Shown in pieces: positions 8,445 through 16,774 of a DNA stretch of 64,000 nucleotides (positions are counted from its first letter, which is position 1; the number at the start of each line of letters is the position of its first letter). The DNA lies in assembly GCA_030583825.1 (NCBI GenBank), contig CP129477.1, forward strand, positions 622,491 through 686,490, read 5' to 3'. Position numbers and translations under genes: made by a program. The DNA comes from Candidatus Dojkabacteria bacterium (GTDB lineage Bacteria > Patescibacteriota > Dojkabacteria > GCA-002793355). The notes under the pieces were generated by a model. That model was not told where the DNA came from and made no database searches. It saw nothing but the letters and a program-made list of their open reading frames with translations.

Positions 8445-10757
8445 ATGATAGTGAATCACATCTATACTACACACTTTAGAAATATCCTTTTTGGGCTAGT
8501 TACTCTTGCACTCTTTCTAGTCATTCCACTTGCGACAGTAAAACTATGGGAAGCAACGCTTGATTATTCAGGGTCTCGGGCAGAAGTGCTTAGTGCAGAA
8601 ACTGCGTCAGTAATGTATGGGTTTGGAGATAATGGTAATGGCTCAACCGGTTTAGGTCTTGATACTGGGGATACACTTATTCCTACCCATATTGGTACAG
8701 ACGACGATTGGGTAATGATTGATATAGGAACAACTCACACAATAGCACTAAAAGAAGATGGGACAATGTGGAGCTTTGGCCCCAATACAAACGGAAAAAC
8801 TGGCCAAGGAACAGATACCGGAAGCATATTGGTACCGACTCAGATCGGTTCAGATACAGATTGGATGGCAGTTTCTGCAGGAAGCAACCATTCATTAGCA
8901 TTAAAAGAAGACGGTACGCTCTGGAGTTTTGGAACGAATGGAAGTGGAGCAACAGGATTAGGGACAGGAGTTGGAACCACATTAGTACCAACGCAAGTAG
9001 GAAGTGCCGATGACTGGGCATTTATTTCTGCGGGGAATGGATACTCTCTCGTTATTAAAGAAAATGGTACGTTGTGGGCCTTTGGTGCAAATACGAATGG
9101 AAAAACCGGACTGGGAACAGATTCTGGAAATAATACTACTCCGACACAAGTTGGTTCTGATGCAGATTGGACAGTAGTTTCCGCAGGAGTAAACGATCAC
9201 TCATTAGCTCTCAAAAGTGATGGAACGCTATGGGCTTTTGGTGGTAACAGCAATGCAAAAACAGGACTTGGAACTGCGTCAGGAAATACATTATCGCCAA
9301 CGCAGGTGGGGTCAGACGAAGACTGGACAACAATAACAACTGCTGCAAATCACTCACTTGCGCTAAAGGACGACGGCACGTTATGGAGCTTTGGATCAAA
9401 TAATAGTGGAAAAACGGGACATGGCGTAACATCTGGCGATACTCTTGTGCCGACACAAGTCGGCTCCGATACAGATTGGGCCGCCATTGCCGGAGGAAAC
9501 GGTCACTCGCTCGCAGTAAAAGAAAATGGCACATTGTGGAGTTTTGGACTTAACTCAGACGGAAGAACAGGGCAGGGAACGACAATAGGAATGTTATCGG
9601 TTCCAACCCAAGTGGGAACTGGTGAAAACTGGTTAGCGGTTGCGGCAGGCATAGGGCATTCTCTTGCGCTAAAAGCTCCTCCTGTGGAATATATTGTTCG
9701 ATATACTGCCGGAGGAAACGGCACTATCAGCGGAAGTGAACTTCAATATGTACCTCATGGATTAAATAGTACATCAGTAACAGCGGTTCCTGACGAAGGA
9801 TATCACTTCCTCAATTGGTCAGACGATAGTACAGACAACCCACGAGCCGATACAAATATCACTGATGACATGGAGGTAACGGCAAATTTCGAAGAAGATG
9901 AAGAACCGACACCAACCCCTACTCCAACACCTACCGTAAGTCCGTCTCCCACAGCTTCTCCAAGCCCAACTGCGACGCCTACCCCCACAAGTACCCCAAC
10001 ACCTACAGCTACAGTAACTCCTACTCCAACCTCCACGGTAACAGTGACTATTACACCAACTATCATTGGAACAGCTACCCCGACGCCAGTGATTTCTCCA
10101 ACTCAGTCGTTTACATCTGGAGATACAAATGTATCATGTCCGACAATTGTGGTATTTTCTGCAAATAAAACAGTAATTACCGCCGGAAGTGAAGTAACAT
10201 TCACATGGAATATTACAGGAGCCGAACATGTAGACGTTATGCCATATGTAAGTAATGCGGCACTTTCGGGCAGTAAAACAGAAATATTGACGACAGATCA
10301 GCGAGTAACCCTAGTTGCAACAAATGGAGATTGCTCTCGCGAGAAGTCACTAACAATTATGATGACCCCTATTTCTCTTGAAACTATCACTGGAGGGTTT
10401 GTTGCGGCATTTATTGCGATTGAAGCAGCTGTATTTGGCGCATCAACACTTATGCCGGGAGCGAGTATTGCTGCACAATCCAATATTTTCGGCTGGATTT
10501 TGTTAATGTTGAAGAAAAGTAAAAAGAGCTCCTCCGACCTAGAAAATGAGAAAGATTCAGTTACTATTGCTTCACCATCAGGACTTTCAAAAGCTATTCC
10601 ATATGTCGAGTACCTTAGCGCGTTCCTTCTCTTTGTCGGAATGGGATTAAGTCTTTACACTGTATTTGCTAACCCAATTTTAGGCAATTTCATTCTTGTG
10701 GGAATATATACTGCGCTTTCGGTAGGAAAAATTTTCGCAATGAGAAGCTCGGGGTAG
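8445..10757 (+). CDS. Giant surface protein (paralog 3 of 3); RCC1 (regulator of chromosome condensation) repeats, one Listeria-Bacteroides-type repeat, PT linker, conserved C-terminal module and TM hairpin
   Basis: At least seven RCC1-like repeats (GTLWSFGxNxxGxTGLGT...PTQVGSDxDW...SAGxxHSLALKEDG) and one YIVRYTAGGNGTISGSE...GYHFLNWSDD repeat. The C-terminus QSFTSGDTNVSCPTIVVFSANKTVITAGSEVTFTW...NGDCSREKSLTIMMTP and the TM hairpin IPYVEYLSAFLLFVGMGLSLYTVFANP are homologous to paralog 2. Confidence 0.75.
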   Translation: MIVNHIYTTHFRNILFGLVTLALFLVIPLATVKLWEATLDYSGSRAEVLSAETASVMYGFGDNGNGSTGLGLDTGDTLIPTHIGTDDDWVMIDIGTTHTIALKEDGTMWSFGPNTNGKTGQGTDTGSILVPTQIGSDTDWMAVSAGSNHSLALKEDGTLWSFGTNGSGATGLGTGVGTTLVPTQVGSADDWAFISAGNGYSLVIKENGTLWAFGANTNGKTGLGTDSGNNTTPTQVGSDADWTVVSAGVNDHSLALKSDGTLWAFGGNSNAKTGLGTASGNTLSPTQVGSDEDWTTITTAANHSLALKDDGTLWSFGSNNSGKTGHGVTSGDTLVPTQVGSDTDWAAIAGGNGHSLAVKENGTLWSFGLNSDGRTGQGTTIGMLSVPTQVGTGENWLAVAAGIGHSLALKAPPVEYIVRYTAGGNGTISGSELQYVPHGLNSTSVTAVPDEGYHFLNWSDDSTDNPRADTNITDDMEVTANFEEDEEPTPTPTPTPTVSPSPTASPSPTATPTPTSTPTPTATVTPTPTSTVTVTITPTIIGTATPTPVISPTQSFTSGDTNVSCPTIVVFSANKTVITAGSEVTFTWNITGAEHVDVMPYVSNAALSGSKTEILTTDQRVTLVATNGDCSREKSLTIMMTPISLETITGGFVAAFIAIEAAVFGASTLMPGASIAAQSNIFGWILLMLKKSKKSSSDLENEKDSVTIASPSGLSKAIPYVEYLSAFLLFVGMGLSLYTVFANPILGNFILVGIYTALSVGKIFAMRSSG

Positions 10758-11136
10758 CCTTGTTTTTCTAGCTTTTTATATGACTTTATTTCTTTATCTT
10801 TTCGACGTCATCTACTGTAATCCATGCTGCCATGCTCCGGCCTTGCAACTCAATAGCAAATCGTTGCTATTTTCTAACCTCCTTCACAAAAACATAACAT
10901 CGGTTATCTTTTTGTTCGGTTTCGTCAACTTATTAAATTTTCGCTGATGGGGTTTCCTCACTACGGTTCCGCCTTACGCATCAAATTACTTACTCAAAGA
11001 GTAAGGCTCACCAAATCCTGTCTTAGAAACGTAAAACGGTGCGATTTTCTGCACATTGGTCAGAAATAGTAACGAAACATATCTTCGACCTTGTACCTCT
11101 AAAAAGAAGGCATTTTGAGCCTCAGAAGGTACTCCT

Positions 11137-12231
11137 TTACTGTGCTAGATTCACAAAGTCCAAAAACGGATATCCACGTCGGGACATATTAAACCGCTGA
11201 TATAAGCAAGAAGCACGGTAAATTGCCAAGTTTACAGGCACATCAACCGGCGTAATATATTCAACCAACGTTGTTCCAAAACCCTTTTTCATAGTGTCAA
11301 TTGCAAGCCATGGGTGTGAAAGCTTTTTGTCATATACTTCCTGTGGAACAGATTCTCCCCACAAGTCGAGAGTAGCGTAGCCTTTGCCTTTTAAATATGA
11401 GATAAGTTCTGCAATCAAAAGCTCGTGGCTACCGACTTCCTGGCCTTTATCAGATGTTACTGTCCAGTAATACCACGCATTTGGCTTGTCTACAACGATA
11501 GCCGCTCCTGAAAACACAGTTCCCTGAGAGTCAGCCGCAAGTGCAATAAGCAGCTTTTTTGCTTTGAGATAAATCTCCAACTCCTGCTTCATATACTCCA
11601 ATGGAAGTTTGAATGTATCTGTTTTTGAAGTAACTTTTTTGTAAAGAACCATAAATGACTCAAATGCTGCAGGTTCCATTGAAAACGATACAGAAAGATC
11701 GTTCTCAGTTGCTTTTTGAATACGTTCTTTTGTCTGTTTTGTCATTTTTTTGTCAGAGTATGTTTCCAGCTCGACAATTCGAGTAACAGCGGCATCAACC
11801 TCTTGAACGGGAGCTTTTTTAAAGCCGGCTTTGTCGAGCATTTCGAGTATTGGCTGAGTTTCGATAATTCTTGGAGTGAAACGTGCATACACAGCATTTT
11901 CTTTTCGTCCTTGCTGATAAGCAAATGCGAAGAGTTCGTTCCAGAAAGTTTGATCTTGGGCAACTTCCGGCATTTCTAGCACTGGGCTATGCTGAAAGTA
12001 AATGAATGTTCCGCTTTTTGCTGGGACTTTTTGATATGACAATACTCCTACCTGTTTTCCATTCTTTTTAATGGAGAATGTTTTTAGGTTTCGTTTCTGT
12101 GAAGAAAGAAATTTAAGACGTTCCTCCTGGTTATAAAATGTGGCTGCGATGCCTTTCTTAATATTTGCGAGGTACGTTTTCTGGTCAGTTGGTAAAAAAG
12201 AAAAATTCTGCACTTCCATACTATTTAACAT
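11137..12231 (-). CDS. FemAB-family peptidoglycan interpeptide-bridge peptidyltransferase-like protein (aminoacyl-tRNA-dependent; GNAT-like fold)
   Basis: 364 aa. Length and overall pattern (tandem acyltransferase-like halves and a central helical region QTKERIQKATENDLSV) fit FemX/FemAB family proteins. The assignment is by resemblance only. Confidence 0.5.
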   Translation of the reverse strand: MLNSMEVQNFSFLPTDQKTYLANIKKGIAATFYNQEERLKFLSSQKRNLKTFSIKKNGKQVGVLSYQKVPAKSGTFIYFQHSPVLEMPEVAQDQTFWNELFAFAYQQGRKENAVYARFTPRIIETQPILEMLDKAGFKKAPVQEVDAAVTRIVELETYSDKKMTKQTKERIQKATENDLSVSFSMEPAAFESFMVLYKKVTSKTDTFKLPLEYMKQELEIYLKAKKLLIALAADSQGTVFSGAAIVVDKPNAWYYWTVTSDKGQEVGSHELLIAELISYLKGKGYATLDLWGESVPQEVYDKKLSHPWLAIDTMKKGFGTTLVEYITPVDVPVNLAIYRASCLYQRFNMSRRGYPFLDFVNLAQ

Positions 12232-12276
12232 TTAAGTAATCCACACACCTAATTTTAACATAATGTATAATGAAGT

Positions 12277-12954
12277 ATGAGTGAACAAAATGTCTTATTC
12301 AGTGAACAAAGAATCCCACTTGTCGGTAGTTATACTGAGGTTATGTCGCTTTTGCCGTACACAATAGAATATGCCATTGGAGCGAAGTTAACCTCGCCTT
12401 TTGAACGAATTGTTATTGCCATTGCCGGGGGTGCCGGAGCAGGGAAGTCCCACCTTGCGGATGATATTGCTGCAAAATTAAAAGAATATGAAGCGACAGT
12501 TATTTCCTTAGATAGGTTTTATAAAGACAATGTTTCGGAAGATAGCGTTCGTAACGAGCTTCCTGACGCAATTGATTTTGAATTTGCCAAAGAAGTATTG
12601 TCCCGAGTAAAAGATTATGCCGCTCAGACCGTAAGTGTTCCGGCATTTGATATGGCGAGCCGCAAGCGAATGAAAGATGAAATTATTCAATGCGGACGAG
12701 TAGTTATCCTAGAAGGAGCTTTCTTTTTGTATCCGGACTTTAACCATATCGTGAATATCAGTATTTTCATGGATGCCTTAGAGGCAGTTCGTTTCCAAAG
12801 GAGACTTGCTCGAGATGTCCAATTGAAAGGGAAGCAATATGCAATGATTCAACAGGAATGGAATACAACCACATTACCGGCATATTACAAATATATTGCT
12901 GTGCAAAGGAAGTTTGCGGATGTGATTGTTGTCAACAATGATGCGAAGCCGTAG
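12277..12954 (+). CDS. udk: Uridine kinase / phosphoribulokinase-family nucleoside kinase
   Basis: P-loop IAIAGGAGAGKSHLADDIAAKL, then VISLDRFYKD, VVILEGAFFLYPD and ...DVIVVNN, collinear with the Udk motifs (GIAGxSGSGKS..., DxYYKD, ILEG, DIIVP). Confidence 0.75.
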   Translation: MSEQNVLFSEQRIPLVGSYTEVMSLLPYTIEYAIGAKLTSPFERIVIAIAGGAGAGKSHLADDIAAKLKEYEATVISLDRFYKDNVSEDSVRNELPDAIDFEFAKEVLSRVKDYAAQTVSVPAFDMASRKRMKDEIIQCGRVVILEGAFFLYPDFNHIVNISIFMDALEAVRFQRRLARDVQLKGKQYAMIQQEWNTTTLPAYYKYIAVQRKFADVIVVNNDAKP

Positions 12955-13184
12955 CCTTTCGTTCACGGCCGGAATTTTACTCACGCTCCAGTCTATTACT
13001 GTTTTTCGTTTTCAATAATCTGAAATAGGTTACTTTTGCCACAAGCCTCTCAATAGTCCTCCCGCTATAAAATTCCGGAGATCACTCAAGACTACGGCTT
13101 CACATAGTAATCCTCTCGCTCGGAACTATGATTTTGCTCTCACATCAGTGAGTGCCCACCTGTGATTGTGAATTTGTAATCAGA

Positions 13185-13320
13185 TAACTTTTTGAGTGAA
13201 TCCTGATATTGTGGAGAGTCTCGAATTAAGATCCTAGAATCATTCGATAGAACTGAGTGAGTCCCTGATGTTTGTAGCGTGCTGGACAAGCGGATAAGTT
13301 TTTAAGTGAATCCACGATTT
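13185..13320. repeat. Three iteron-like ~35-nt direct sub-repeats (consensus approx. GATAAsTTTTTrAGTGArTCCnsGAT) in the 445-bp udk/PEGA convergent spacer
   Basis: Three copies: cagataactttttgagtgaatcctgat, gatagaactgagtgagtccctgat, gcggataagtttttaagtgaatccacgat. The third copy runs into the 90-nt element that is also present at 61053. Confidence 0.6.
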
Positions 13321-13395
13321 TTCGTAGTAAGTATTCATTATTGATAAGAAATTCAACGAATTTACGTTAAACGATAAATCGCTGCATGAACGAAA
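13307..13395. repeat. ~90-nt intergenic element, copy A (second copy at 61053-61143)
   Basis: Two conserved blocks: TGAATCCACGATTTTTCGTAGTAArTATTCATT and CGAATTTACGTTAArCGATAAATCGCTGCATGAAyGAAA, separated by a variable ~18-nt middle. Contains the palindrome AGCGATAAATCGCT. Confidence 0.75.
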
Positions 13396-13399
13396 AAAT

Positions 13400-15052
13400 T
13401 TATCTGATTATTTTGAAGTATAAGTTGGAATCGTCTCCTCGGTAAATAAAAGTCGAGTCTTCCAAGTAGAAAGATGGGTTTGCCACGCCGCTTTGCAATT
13501 GATAAAGGTTACTACCGATGTAGTCAATTGCCCACATATTGCGATCACTTGTGAAAAGCAGGTAGTGAGAATTAAAAATCCATTTTATTGATTCGATTGG
13601 AACTTCGTTATTTGTAATAAGCTCGCGCTTTCCAAGCTCAATATAATGCTCTGCGGCACGCTTGTTATACGTAAATGTGTACAGATCTTTCTTTGACTCG
13701 CTTGTATAGGAAACTAGAAATCTTTCTGTAACAAACAGAACATCATCAACAAAGTTATCGCTGATTTTTAGCATAGAAATGCCTTCTCCCTGCGAAATAA
13801 TTGGCGTTTCTCCAAGCTTTTGAGTTGCATTCGTAATTTCATACTCTCCAACTCGGTTGTCGTACATATTTCCTACTAAATAAGAACCATCTATTCCGGC
13901 CAAGACGATAATTGTTTTGTCAGACAAATTTACAGCTGAGACTTCTTTTGGAGCTGTTGGCAGAGAAACATATTTGATGTCAGACTCAATTTCGTTTCCA
14001 TTGAAAGAGATTTGCTCAACAGAGTAGTGGGTTCCTTCTGGTAATGGGGAAGGTGTTGGAAGGTTCTGATCAAGTGCATTCTTTACGATGATTACGCCGT
14101 CGTCTGTCATTGCCCAGATGAATGTGTCAAATCGTGATAACTTATCAAACAAAATAATTCGTGCTCCGGTTTTAATATTGTACGAAATAACCTGGCTTTT
14201 AGACTCGATTAACAAATAATCTGAATTTTTGGCCCATTTGAGAATGCTGTCATCTTCGTCAATGTAAATATCGAGCTGAACGTTGCTAAATGGAATAATC
14301 TTTTCAACTTTTGTTGTAGAAAATGTCACAATTGAGGCTGATTTCTGACCTCTTGCATTCGCAATAGTGACAAGAATAGATTTTCCGGTAGGGGAGAGTG
14401 TAAAGTCATCAATGCTCCATCCTTGTGGAACCTCAATGAATGCACGCTCTCTTGTTGCAGGCTTTGGAGGTTCAAAGAAACTTCGCTGCACAATATATTT
14501 TGTAATGCTATATAACTGTTGCGCCGGGCTTTGCGCTGTTGGTACTGGAGTTACGGTAGTACCGGGGGTTTGTGTCGTGATCGCAGTTGCATCTGATGAC
14601 GAAGGAGACAAAATATAAACGCCTGATTCGTTCGAAAATACTTTATCTATTGCGCCAATTGAAGTAACCGATTCTGCGCCTGTTTGCTTAATCAAAGGAG
14701 CAATAATGATTGTTGCAAGCCCATGCCTTACGTCAACTGTTCTTTTGTACGAGTAATAACCGTCTTTGGACAGGTTAATTGCGTATGTTCCAGTTGTGAG
14801 ATTTGGAATTGCGCGATTTGTCGTTCCAATATATTCATTATTTATTGTGATTGCTGCGTCAGAAGGGTTCGTTTCGAGGTTTAAAACTCCTGTTTTTATA
14901 AGCTGTTTTTGAGAAATGTCTATTGAGTAGCCATTAACAATGATGAGAATGACGATAGTCGTACCGATAAGAAATAGACCTGAAAAGATGGGAAGAGCCA
15001 CAGTTATCACCTTTTTTGCCAACTTTTTTATTGCGTCTTTGGGAAATTTCAT
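13400..15052 (-). CDS. Membrane-anchored PEGA-domain protein with a beta-propeller-like C-terminal region
   Basis: 550 aa. N-terminal TM (ALPIFSGLFLIGTTIVILIIV), then a PEGA-like stretch (NLETNPSDAAITINNEYIGTTNRAIPNLTTGTYAINLSKDGYYSYKRTVDVRHG), then repetitive beta-rich sequence. Confidence 0.6.
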   Translation of the reverse strand: MKFPKDAIKKLAKKVITVALPIFSGLFLIGTTIVILIIVNGYSIDISQKQLIKTGVLNLETNPSDAAITINNEYIGTTNRAIPNLTTGTYAINLSKDGYYSYKRTVDVRHGLATIIIAPLIKQTGAESVTSIGAIDKVFSNESGVYILSPSSSDATAITTQTPGTTVTPVPTAQSPAQQLYSITKYIVQRSFFEPPKPATRERAFIEVPQGWSIDDFTLSPTGKSILVTIANARGQKSASIVTFSTTKVEKIIPFSNVQLDIYIDEDDSILKWAKNSDYLLIESKSQVISYNIKTGARIILFDKLSRFDTFIWAMTDDGVIIVKNALDQNLPTPSPLPEGTHYSVEQISFNGNEIESDIKYVSLPTAPKEVSAVNLSDKTIIVLAGIDGSYLVGNMYDNRVGEYEITNATQKLGETPIISQGEGISMLKISDNFVDDVLFVTERFLVSYTSESKKDLYTFTYNKRAAEHYIELGKRELITNNEVPIESIKWIFNSHYLLFTSDRNMWAIDYIGSNLYQLQSGVANPSFYLEDSTFIYRGDDSNLYFKIIR

Positions 15053-15099
15053 AGCTCCTGTATTGTAACATGTTTTGCTAAGGGGAGGTATAATAGAAA

Positions 15100-16113
15100 G
15101 TGATCTCGTTTAAACAAAAAAGATTAGGCATAGATTTGGGGACAGCTAACTCTATTGTCTTTATTCAGGGGGCAGGCGTTGTCTTTGAAGAGCCTACAAT
15201 TGTAGCAATTGATGTTATTGACCTGTCTATCGTCTCAATTGGCAAGGAAGCAAAGCAAATGCTGGGAAAAACCCCAGAAAATATTATTATTAAGCGTCCA
15301 TTAAAGAGTGGCGTTATTGCAAGTGCCCGTATCACCGAAGAATTATTGAGATTCTTTATTAACAAAGCCGTTGGCAGAATTAGGTTCTTTAAACCGGAAG
15401 TTATGATTAGTGCGCCTGTTGGTATTACTTCTGTTGAAAAGCGTGCGATTGTAAAAGCCGCGTTACAGGCTGGTGCGAGCAAAGTATATTTGATCCCCGA
15501 ACCGCTAGCTGCGGCGATTGGTGCAAAATTGCCAATTCATTCATCTGCCGGAAATATGATTGTTAATATTGGCGGTGGAACGACAGAAATTGCGGTTATT
15601 TCATTAAATGGCATTGTTATTTCAAACTCAATTCGTGTTGCAGGAGATGCATTCAACGATGCAATAATTTCCTACGCAAGGAAAGAAAGAAATTTGATAA
15701 TTGGTGAGCAGATGTCGGAGAAAATTAAGATGACAATTGGCTCTGCGATGCAAATGGAGGAGCCTTTAGTGATGGAAGTGAGTGGAAGAGACTTAGGATC
15801 GGGGTTACCTCGTATCGATGAATTTAATTCAAATGAAATAGCCATCGCGTTAAAAGGCCCGATCAGTGAAATTTTAATGTCAATTAAGCGATTATTAGAG
15901 AAGACTCCTCCGGAACTTTCTGCCGATATTATTGATCGTGGCATTGTCATGAGCGGAGGAAGCTCAATGCTTCGCAATTTGGACAAACTCTTTACAAAGG
16001 CGATGGGAGTTCCGGCATTTCTTGCAGATGATCCTATCCGCTGCGTTGCAAAAGGAACAGGGATTGCTCTGGAATTTTTGCCAGTGTTGAAAAAATCTCT
16101 GACTACCTACTAA
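15100..16113 (+). CDS. mreB: Rod-shape-determining protein MreB (GTG start)
   Basis: LGIDLGTANSIVF... actin-fold phosphate-1 motif, IPEPLAAAIGA, GGGTTEIAVIS and GIVMSGGSSML; 337 aa. RBS AAGGGGAGG upstream of the GTG. Confidence 0.9.
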   Translation: MISFKQKRLGIDLGTANSIVFIQGAGVVFEEPTIVAIDVIDLSIVSIGKEAKQMLGKTPENIIIKRPLKSGVIASARITEELLRFFINKAVGRIRFFKPEVMISAPVGITSVEKRAIVKAALQAGASKVYLIPEPLAAAIGAKLPIHSSAGNMIVNIGGGTTEIAVISLNGIVISNSIRVAGDAFNDAIISYARKERNLIIGEQMSEKIKMTIGSAMQMEEPLVMEVSGRDLGSGLPRIDEFNSNEIAIALKGPISEILMSIKRLLEKTPPELSADIIDRGIVMSGGSSMLRNLDKLFTKAMGVPAFLADDPIRCVAKGTGIALEFLPVLKKSLTTY

Positions 16114-16295
16114 GGCGTCGCTCAGGTTCGTCAAAAGGAGGCATGTTTAGAGGAGATTAAATGCAGAGCGAAGGTGAGGCGAAATCCCAAAGGTTTTTAG
16201 GTATCATGCGGAGTGAGTAATGAGTGAAAGGCACGCAGGTTTCGCTAACAAATGGGTTATTTAGCGTTTAGAACCGAGTACTTCCTTTCACGAAT

Positions 16296-16321
16296 TATGA
16301 GCGACGCGGTATAATTCCAAC
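16296..16321 (+). promoter_or_regulatory. Putative promoter of mscL (GCGGTATAATTCCAAC directly abutting the ATG, probably leaderless)
   Basis: TATAAT at 16310-16315, six nt before the ATG at 16322. The same GGTATAAT(TC) form recurs at the small-paralog array, rplJ and rpsA. Confidence 0.45.
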
Positions 16322-16759
16322 ATGAAAGAAGAATCAACAAAACAAAAAAGGGGGCTTTCTGAAGCAATTGCGCAGAGGACGGCTCAAGGAACAAAGGCAG
16401 TATTTACACCAGTTAACAAGTTCTTTCTCTTTTTGCAAAATAAATCCATCATTCCGCTGGCAATTGGTGTTATTATTGCAGATACGGTTAAACAAATAGT
16501 GAACGCTCTTGTTGATGGCATTATTCGCCCGTTTCTTGGGTTGTTTTCTCCTGCGTCAAATGACTTTGCACCGTTTAATATTGAGATTAATGGTGTGCTT
16601 TTCAAATTTGGAGATTTGATCAGTGTCATATTGCAGACGTTTATTATATTTGTGATACTGTATGTAGTCCTTGTGTGGTTATTCAAAAACGAAGAGCTTC
16701 TCGGATTAGCACCAAAAGAGCCGAAAGAATCAGCAGGAACGAAAAAGAAGAAAGGTTAA
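16322..16759 (+). CDS. mscL: Large-conductance mechanosensitive channel MscL
   Basis: PLAIGVIIADTVKQIVNALVDGIIRPFLGLF aligns with MscL TM1 ([30 protein letters not shown]); a second TM helix and a charged C-terminal tail follow; 145 aa. Confidence 0.8.
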   Translation: MKEESTKQKRGLSEAIAQRTAQGTKAVFTPVNKFFLFLQNKSIIPLAIGVIIADTVKQIVNALVDGIIRPFLGLFSPASNDFAPFNIEINGVLFKFGDLISVILQTFIIFVILYVVLVWLFKNEELLGLAPKEPKESAGTKKKKG

Positions 16760-16774
16760 ATTAAGTTTCACATT

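Noticed and set aside
1160-10757. Diversity-generating retroelement targeting the giant surface proteins
   Set aside because: No reverse-transcriptase ORF (no YxDD-containing candidate) and no near-identical template/variable repeat pair in the window. The shared C-terminal domains are ~70% identical paralogs rather than TR/VR pairs with A-specific differences.
12955-13400. Chromosomal origin of replication (oriC) in the repeat-rich 445-bp spacer
   Set aside because: Only weak (6/9) DnaA-box-like matches (TGAATCCACG), and dnaA/dnaN are not adjacent. This is kept as a possibility inside finding 5 but not called as a feature.
16141-16210. 19-aa mini-ORF (MQSEGEAKSQRFLGIMRSE) with an AGGAG RBS in the mreB-mscL spacer
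   Set aside because: Too short and unconserved to support; more likely part of a structured leader region.
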